Of a stretch of DNA of 64,000 nt, positions 55,142 through 64,000 are shown piece by piece (the stretch's first letter is position 1; every line of letters begins with the position of its first letter). The notes below the pieces were generated by a model. That model was not told the DNA's origin. It searched no databases and worked only from the letters and a program-made list of their open reading frames with translations. Source of the stretch: Lingula anatina (Eukaryota; Animalia; Brachiopoda); assembly GCA_051362555.1 (NCBI GenBank), contig CM120648.1, positions 18,968,587-19,032,586 of the forward strand. Reading direction: 5' to 3'. A program made the position numbers and the translations under genes.

Positions 55142-56842
55142 GCCAGGGATCTTCTCTTGAAATAGTATTTATTTCAAAACATTTAAACATCACGGTCTCC
55201 TCTGCATTCACAGCAGCGAGGCGGTCCGGCTTGCTAAAATTCTCAAGAGACTTGCTTAAATTTGTAAAAATAAATAAATAAATAACTCTCGCTGAGATAA
55301 ATTACTACTAACAGTATTTTTTTATTCAGGTTAGCTAAAAATTATAAAGATGGTGAAGTAGCCATTCCTACGGATCATGTAGAAAGGTGATGAATAAGAA
55401 AATATATGGAAAAATTGGTCGTTTATAAATGACCAATATCTGAAGAAATAATACAGTTTACATTCAAGTTGTTTTGTGTTCTGACCACCAATATCTGGCA
55501 TATGCATATTTGTCATATTAAGATTTTTCATGTTTTTTAAAAGGCAATTCGGTGTTAATTAAATTAAGACTAGCCATAAGGAAGTGCACATGGTGCATTT
55601 TGTGCGTTTTGGTAGTCATTTTAAGGTATTTTCATTAATTCCAATCAGATTTCTTTACCGATAAATTATTCGTGTTATGGTTTTCAGAGATCGTTTCATC
55701 TTCACCACCCTCCTGCAGATAAAAGCTATGCTGAAGAATAACATTATTGTTCTTACAAGGTTAGAGCAAAGATTGAAACAGAACAGAAGTCCTGATGACA
55801 ATATTGTCTCAACTGACGAGTTTGCATTTCCTATGGAGACTAGAGAAGATGTGGCAAGGGTTGAAAACATACTTAAAGATAAGCATAATGAAATTACTGG
55901 TAAGTTAAAAAAAATAATAGTGTGATTAAAATTAATGTAGTGATTGTTGTGCTGAAGCTACATATGGAAAAATAATAAGTTGATTTTTAAAATAGTGGTT
56001 ATTTGATAAATGATTAATATGACATTTTAATCTGAACACGTATCATTTGTTGTATGAATAGGGCCTATATAGAAATGTGCTTTACTTATTAAGAATATTT
56101 TATATTTATTTCAAAGGTCAAACCACCTTGCCACACTGGGAGGGTTTTCCTCCAAGGAAATGGTACAGTGTAGATAGAATCATGTCTACTATTTTTAAAA
56201 CTAACATATTGCATGCCAGTGTAACTGGATTGGGAAGTGCGGAAAGGTTGCACTAAAAAACCTGGCCTTTACAAAAGCAATGGAATGTTTGCATTTCGTA
56301 ATGATCAAATAATGTTTGCTCAGATATATTTTTACATATTAATTGTATTATTATCAGGTCAGCCTCCAGGGGTCATGTAGATACTCCCCCGCACCGATAA
56401 TCCACCTTAGTAATTTTTTGTATTACGTGCATCGATGCGACCCCACACCGATAGATCCACGCAACGGTAGCCTACATCCCCACACCGATACTCCCCCGCA
56501 CCGGTACTTACCCTCAGTAGGCCTATGTTTGTAATTGTGGGGATATACAGTAGGCCTACCGGTGCGGGGGAGTATCGGTGCGGGGACGTATCGACAAGTA
56601 AACCGCCTGCCAGATAACATACCACCTGTGGCTATAAACAGCAAACAGCCGCCGGTGGACCACTGGTGTACCGCTGGTGGTTAGCTGGTGGCAGGTTGCC
56701 GTTTATAGCCGCCGGTGGACCACTGGTGTAGGGCCTACTGCTGGTGGTTAGCTGGTGGCAGATTGCCGTTGGTAGGCCTCATGTAGCTGGTGACCGGTCC
56801 ACCGTGACCCATTCGCGATTTTCTCATCGTAATTGTTAAGTG

Positions 56843-56874
<32 letters not shown>

Positions 56875-57917
56875 CAAATACGCGTATGTGTATTGTAATA
56901 ATGTTACCTCATTTCGGCGGAAGTGTTTTTTTTACCTTTGTTAACTCGTTTGGGAGTGCGCAATTTCCTAGCATTTCATTGGCCTATAAAATTTACGTGA
57001 CGTAGGCCTACTGCACGCGACGGCTGCACGTGACGTCTGCGTCGACCACTCTACTCCGCCTGACTGCTGCCACTGGGCTTTGATTTCACTATATTTCATG
57101 TAAAATAGGTAAGCCTAATAATATTTAAATACACTGATTGACAGATCTTTTCAATGTAGGCCTACATGTAGGAAATATGTTGATTTTTAAAACAGGTTTT
57201 TTAAAATAAATTCTGGAAATTAGAACATTGTTATTGAGTGGAAGAAAGAAAACGCGAAAGCTCCACCTACTAGGGCCTATAGCCCTATAAGATATAGGTA
57301 TGAAAAAAATTATTATAAGATTCGTATTTTGTATTTGAAAGTTTGGTATTTTTTGCCTATTGAAAAGATCGAGTCAATTAAAAGGTATACATTTTCAAAG
57401 TGTATATATTTTTAAAAAATAAAAATGTGGTGTATCAGTGTGTTATGAAGGGTTTTCTGTGGCTTTTATTTACGTAAAATTCATTTTAATAAGAATTAAA
57501 ATGGAAAAGACCCATAATAGATTTATGCATGATATTGATAACAATTGGAAAAAGTAAAGTTTGTATCTTAAAATAAACCTTGGAATATAACCAGTGAACA
57601 TTGGTCCTTTTTCTTTTGTGGTCCCGCCTAGCTAAATATTATTATTAAAATATCGGCAAAACGTCTGACATATGTGATGACTTGAAAACTGCGCTGCACT
57701 CTAACGAGACGGAAGAGACTATAATTACTCACTCAATTTGGTAGTTGTGACCGCCACTTTTATTTCTTATTTCAATTTAATTTCAATTTATTAAACCTTT
57801 GACCCCAACGGCACATCAGAATGAAATACAGTGACATTATAAAGTCATATCAACGAACTACCACTACAACAAAAACTACTACTGATACAAATAATAATAA
57901 CAATAATTTTAATCTTA

Positions 57918-58131
57918 CACCCCATTTCCAGAGATTAGATCGATCTACTTTAGATCGACCTAACTCCCTGGGGGTTCACGCTAAATAGCTGTCAGCCGGA
58001 CGGACACGAAAGTTAATTACATCCTTACAGCTTGTAGTAGGCCGGACGGACATTTTAGCCGGATTATCTGAGAGTAATCTAGTGAGACTCCCCGCGGGAA
58101 TAGATCGATCTAAAGCTCTGGGAATAGAGCC
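57918..58131. mobile_element. PIF/Harbinger-type MITE with TTA TSD
   Basis: ATTTCCAGAGATTAGATCGATCTA / TAGATCGATCTAAAGCTCTGGGAAT; the empty site TAATCTTAGCTCC is present in copy 1 at ~54961. Confidence 0.85.
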
Positions 58132-58238
58132 TTAGCTCCGATGCACATTGTAAGTATTTCCCGAAGTTGTTTAATTATGACACATTGTTAAGCGATAATA
58201 ATTTAATTAGTATGAAGACTGCGAGCTTTTTGACCTTT

Positions 58239-58277
<39 letters not shown>

Positions 58278-58424
58278 GATATATGTAGGCCCTATTATAT
58301 GAAGCCAGGGATGTTCTCTTGAAGTAGTATTTATTTCAAAACATTTACACAACACGGTCTCCTCTGCATTCACAGCAGCGAGGAGGCCCGGCTTGTTAAA
58401 ATTCTCAAGAGACTCTCTTAAATT

Positions 58425-58457
<33 letters not shown>

Positions 58458-58778
58458 AAATTAACAACCCTCGCTGAGATAAATTACTACTAACAGTATT
58501 TTTTATTCAGGTTAACTGAAAATTATAAAGATGGTGAAGTAGCCATTCCTACGAATCATGTAGAAAGGTGATGAATAGAAAATATATGGAAAATTGGTCG
58601 TTTATAACTGACCAATATCTGAAGAGATATTACAGTTTACATTCAAGTTGTTTTGTGTTCTGACCACCAATATCTGACATACAGTGTATGCATATTTGTA
58701 ATGTTAAGATTTTTCATGTTTTTAAAAAGGCAATTCGGTGTTAATTAAATTAAGACTAGCCATATGGAAGTGCACATG

Positions 58779-59735
58779 TGTAATGAACCTTTTACATATG
58801 CCTATGACGAATGTCCTAAACTTATATAATTTTGTACGCTTAATTCAAGCGTGGGCTCGGAATAGGACATTACGTTTTCGTCTAACTTAGTGGATAACGC
58901 GATCCAAAGACTCCACAGTTCGTGTCAGATTTACGTAAGGTCACTCAAAGAAAACCCAAGTCCACATAATGATCAGTTAAATGATTTATTCGTTGACGCT
59001 AGGTAACTACATATTCTAAATGAAGCCTGCAACTCTTAACTCGTCAGCTCCGTACTCCGTCGCTTCCAATCTCCTTCTCCGCTGCTTCCTTCTACGTGTC
59101 TCCCTCAATCTCCCCGTTCAAATCTCATCACTTACTTTAAATACTATTTTGTTATCTTTACATGGATCCAGTGCTGCACTAGTATGAGATTTACGTCAAA
59201 CCTAAATACCTTTAATTGTGAAGTTAATTTCTTTACCTCGGCGTTATACAAAGAGGCAACCACATTACTTAATAACTATTGGACTAATATAACACATTAC
59301 GTCATATGACTTCGTGTTAAGGTCCACTAAATGCATGTGATGAAATCACTCATTTACATATTATGTTTATACAATCAGGCAGCATATTATCATTCACCTT
59401 GCTTCAGTCTTGAATGAATATTTATCATCCTCTGTATTGGCATACCTGATAAGTACAACTGATATAACTTTCTCTCACTTGTTATCTATTGCATTGCAAT
59501 TAGTATTTAAATGAGTTGCTGCCACTTCGGCATGCAGATAGATTCCCTGTAGATAATGTGTATAAATGCTGAATGCTTGGACTTAATAAAGGACTTTTAG
59601 ACTTGGAACTGAATATGTGAGTCTGTGGTTATATTCCCTCTCCCATGTATCAGTGACAGGTAAAATATTAGAAGAACCTGGGTAGGGTGGAACATGGACC
59701 CCTACATTCGTACGATCTTTATGTCGGACCCGACA
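58779..59735 (-). mobile_element. Solo LTR (957 bp) with 4-bp TSD CATG
   Basis: TG...CA termini; empty site GTGCACATGGTGC in copy 1; AATAAA on the minus strand near 58985; unrelated to the 258-bp LTRs. Confidence 0.8.
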
Positions 59736-61121
59736 CATGGTGCATTTTGTGCATTTTGGTAGTCATTTTAAGGTATTTTCATTAATTCCAATCTGATTTC
59801 TTTACCGATAAATTATTCTTATTATGGTTTTCAGATAACGTTTCATCTTCACCACCCTCCTGCAGATTAAAGCTATGCTGAAGAATAACACTATTGTTCT
59901 TACAAGGTTAGAGCAAAAATTGAAATAGAACAGAAGTCCTGATGACAATATTGTCTTAATTGACGAGTTTGCATTTCCTATGGAGACAAGGGAAGATGTG
60001 GCAAGGGTTGAAAACATACTTAAAGATAAGCATAATGAAATTACTGGTAAGTTAAAAAAATAATAGTATGATAAAAATTAATGTAGTGATTGTTGTGCTG
60101 AAGCTACATATGGAATAAATAATAAGTTGATTTTTAAAATAGTGGTTATTTTATAAATGATTAAAAAAACATTTTAATCTGAACACTTATCATTTGTTGT
60201 ATGTATATATATAAATGTGCTTTACTTATTAAGAATATTTATATTTATTTCAAAGGTCAAACCACCTTGTCACACTGGGAGGGTTTTCCTCCAAGGAAAT
60301 GGTACAGTGTAGATAGGATCATGTCTACTATTTTTAAAACTAACACATTGCATGCCAGTGTAACTGTATTGGGAAGTGCGGAAAGGTTGCACTAAAAAAC
60401 CTGGCCCTTACAAAAGCAATGGAATGTTTGCATTTCGTAATGATCAAATAATGTTTGCTCAGATATATTTTTACATATTAATTGTATTATAATGATCCTG
60501 AAGTAAAGTTACAGTTCAAAATGTAAAGGTTGTTTCTTCTGAACAACTTTGTCTTTTTATGCTTTTTACATATATTCTCTTAAGGATAAACGCATATCAA
60601 CCTATTTCTGTCCTTTGGCGAGACCATTCTGTTTTGTAACTCCTGTTTGAACCATTTTTGTTTACTGTCCAATTTAGCACTGTTAAGATAGGAGGATTAA
60701 GTTAAGTTTTTTATATTTTCACAGATGCAGGTAGATCGAGAGCTACGGAGGCTGAATAAGACATGCATCAAATTGTGGCTCAAAAATGCGCATGACAGGG
60801 ATGGCGGCAGAAAATTGAGGTAAATCAAAACAAGGAAAAAAGGAGGTAAATAAACACACTGGACAAAAGAAGTGTCACCCCCTGCAGAGTAATGAAAGTT
60901 ATAATGCCTGGGTCTACTCCTAATATGACTATTGAGTATAAAACCGCTGTACTATGGAATTGTAGGCCTATTCTCTTTTTTTTTTTTTTTTTTTTTTTTT
61001 GTGAATTTTGATGTTTATAAAATGATACCAGGAGCATATCATTCCAGAGTCATTTATCTCCCCCAAAGTATTGGTTCACTTCTATTGTCCAGTGTGTGTA
61101 ACAAAAAAAAAAAAAAAATAA

Positions 61122-61156
<35 letters not shown>

Positions 61157-61482
61157 AAATAAAAGAAAAATAAATCAAAATAAAATAAAATAAAAAAACA
61201 CTGTTACAGGTGATAATTGTGATGAGAAATATTAGTTTTACGCATATCTATTTTATCTGACATTAAATAATTATTTTCCAGTTACCTTTGTACGGCATTT
61301 CTTTTGCGCGTCTATAGTTTTGCTATGAAAAAAATACCGGAAGTCGTGTTGCGCAAAGGATTATGGTCTATATGAATGAGGCGCCATTTTCTTCAACAAC
61401 CAGGAAGTAACAGGACGGAGATTGTGGGATAATGTTGAACATATTTGACAAAGAAAGAGATATGATCTGACCGACTTGTAGG

Positions 61483-62304
61483 TATATGGAGCAAGTGTTT
61501 ATGTTACTGTGATCTCCAAGCTGCAGCACCAGAAGTAAACATAAAGTTTAGCAATCGCTGACAGAAATATTACAGGATCTACTGTCGGAATGGAAGCCAT
61601 GTTAGGGCAGTCTAGACGAGGTGTAAATCCAAGATCAGGACAGGTGACAGTACAGACACAACCTCCATTAGCTGAACAGGAAACAAATACAACATTAGCT
61701 ACACATCCTCATGTTTTCTTAGAGAAGGCAGAATGTGTGCGTTCCTTCAGTCCTAAACTGGAAGATGATAGAAGAGGAATATTCATAACTGGGTTAGCCA
61801 TAGATAAGGAACACATGTTTGTTGTGGATAATAAAAACAACAGAACAAAAGTATTCACACATGGAGGACAATTTAAGTTTGACATTAAAGTAAACAATCC
61901 ATATGATGTGGCTGTGTCAGAGACTGGTCACCTGTATATAACATCACTGGGTGACAGATGTGTCCAAGTGTACTCCACCAGAGGGGGAACACTGTGTACA
62001 TGTGCTGTCACCTACTGATCATCTGTACAAGTATAAGGGCAGCAGAGAAGGCAGTGAACTGAGGTTTCCAAGTGGAGTGTGCACAGACAGCTATGGTCAC
62101 ATCTTCATTGCTGACAGTGGTAACAACAGGATAGTGGCACTGAGTCCACAGGGACAGTTTATCAGATACATTGTCACTGAGGATGATGGGTTGAAGTTTC
62201 CCATTGCAGTAGTCATCAACCCTGCTACTGGTCAGCTGGTGGTGGGAGAGGGGAGAGACAATGTTAAGACATTCCAGTACATTGAACTGAAACAAGGTAA
62301 GTAA
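61483..62304 (+). pseudogene. TRIM2/3/71-like NHL-repeat gene remnant with internal deletion and frameshift
   Basis: ITGLAID...VVDNKNNRTKVF...PYDVAVSETGHLYIT in ORF 61590 and FPSGVCTDSYGHIFIADSGNNRI...FPIAVVINP in ORF 61951. The frame switches near 61985-62015 and there are stops upstream. Confidence 0.8.
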
Positions 62305-63113
62305 CATGTATTAACTGTGGATAGATATGATTATTATGTAAATATTTTGAAAGTTAATTAGTCTTACAATGTTTTTATCCATAAATATGTTTGCCTTTAT
62401 TTCAATAAAAAACTTTTTAAGCATATTTAAATTCAGTGAGCACACAGCTGTGCTTTAGTAAAAATGTATGTAGAGTGGAGACATTTTCTATAGTTAATAC
62501 TTTACTGTTACTGACCAATTTCCATGAACCCATTATAGTGATTAGGATTTTGAATAATGATGAAGAACTCTTTTTAATGGAATTTATAGTATGCTTTATT
62601 TGTATTTTTATTAAGTCAGAAGAAAAACATCTTACATTGTTTAATCCCTGAACTTCTTGTCCATTTGTCAGTGAAGAACAACTCAAATCTCACAACAGAA
62701 CAGTCCAATTCTTCATATTCTTCATCTTGTAGCTGTTCATGAAAGCTTAGATATACCTAAATTCTCAAATGTACTTTGTCAAGTTTCTTGATGTCTTACC
62801 ACTTCTAGATTCAAAGACATTTCATCACCAGTTTGTTGTTAACACACACAAATAAATTAAATGTTGAAGTACTTTGGATGATACCTTATTTTCCTGACTT
62901 TGTGGATTGTTCTTTGCAAATAAAACTAGCAGACGACCATTTTTCATGAAATGGAACTACATTTCACAGGAAGTAGTGTATTCATACACAACAGTGACCT
63001 TGGGTTTGGAATACAAAAAAATAGTACATGCATTCATACTGTCACAGCATGTAAATTATAATGAAATATACAAAACTAAACACATTTTTATGTAACACAA
63101 AAAGTTAAATGCA

Positions 63114-63165
<52 letters not shown>

Positions 63166-64000
63166 ATTATTATACTGGATAAAAATGTTGATGAAATGGT
63201 TTTGACCACCTTTTTGGACTTTTTAAACTTCATGCTGATGGACCCACATATTTATGTCAAAGTCCCGGACCAAATCTAGTCCCATGCATAAAAAGCCCAG
63301 ACCCCATGTTTATTACGCCCTGGCTGGGCCCATTCTTAATTGTGTTTGTTTTGTTAACAGCATAGCGGGCAAGTTAATTGACCAAGTTAATTGGCCAAGC
63401 TGCCAGTTTGTTTGTATGGCATGTGCAGGGGATGTCTTATAGAATAATAAAATCAGACAGAATATGCTGTGATTCCTAAATAAAATAGATGGGGGGGGGG
63501 GGGGGGGTAGGAGACACCAAGGGGCTCATGATTATAAATACCATATAGCATTAATAATGATGGTTACATCCCAGATATTTTGCTCCTATGAACAGTGTCT
63601 TTGATATCAGTCTATCGGCAATCTCCAATCATAAATTGTTAATTTATCAGACACTTGTAACATTAACCACATTTAATTGTTCACCCTGATTGTGAAACAG
63701 CCGTTTGCTCCAGATGTTCTTAGTCTTCTCCAAATTAAAAAAAATATATATGGATGTTGATAAAATTTATTCTGAACAGTCTATAAGCCAGGCAGATTCA
63801 GTACAATGGCATATGTATTTGTAGGTTGATAAGTTATTAAATAAAGAAAAAAAAAACTTCATGTAATAATCATAATAGTGATACATAATACATGTATGAT
63901 GATACATTTCACCATGTAATGATGCAAACAACATCAAATGGAAACAAAAATAAACTTGTTATTAAACCAACTCAACAAATGTTTGTGCCAAGCAGATATT

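Larger units (their letters stand above)
53331..60490 (+). repeat. Tandem duplication of a ~3-kb unit (copy 1 53331-56354, copy 2 56355-60490), each copy carrying private insertions
   Basis: Collinear high identity from CAGGTCAGCCTCCAG to ...CATATTAATTGTATTAT. Confidence 0.92.
55688..60823 (+). pseudogene. DUF4806/BEN-like accessory gene of a DNA transposon (probably CMC/EnSpm-type), degenerate and partly duplicated. Exons ~55688-55909, ~56118-56288, ~59835-60047, ~60256-60426, ~60725-60823
   Basis: FPMETREDVARVENILKD; HLATLGG...VDRIMSTIF...CNWIGKCGKVALKNL; IKLWLKNAHDRDGGRK. Frameshifts are present and copy 2 has a TAG. Confidence 0.7.

Overview
AT-rich eukaryotic DNA with GT-AG introns, probably a marine invertebrate such as a mollusc (inferred from gene and repeat families). 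It holds six main things. (1) The 3' end of a + strand gene encoding an Slp4/5-type C2 domain, a Q-rich linker, a death-fold-like segment and a C-terminal CARD (159-4655). (2) A ClC-2-type chloride channel gene (~9620-28242) that seems to lack its N-terminal membrane exons and one CBS2 exon and has a 1-bp frameshift. (3) A truncated 11beta-HSD-like SDR on the minus strand. (4) A transposon nest: a CR1/L2-group LINE split by a young chromodomain-bearing Gypsy LTR element (itself split by a MITE) and by a DNA transposon inserted without TSD at AAA|TTT. (5) A tandemly duplicated DUF4806-type transposon gene region with a solo LTR. (6) An NHL-repeat TRIM-like pseudogene. Many MITEs are scattered throughout. 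The most striking pattern is that about ten unrelated tandem arrays sit exactly on exon-intron junctions and multiply splice donors or acceptors. All calls come from reading the sequence by eye; no searches were run.
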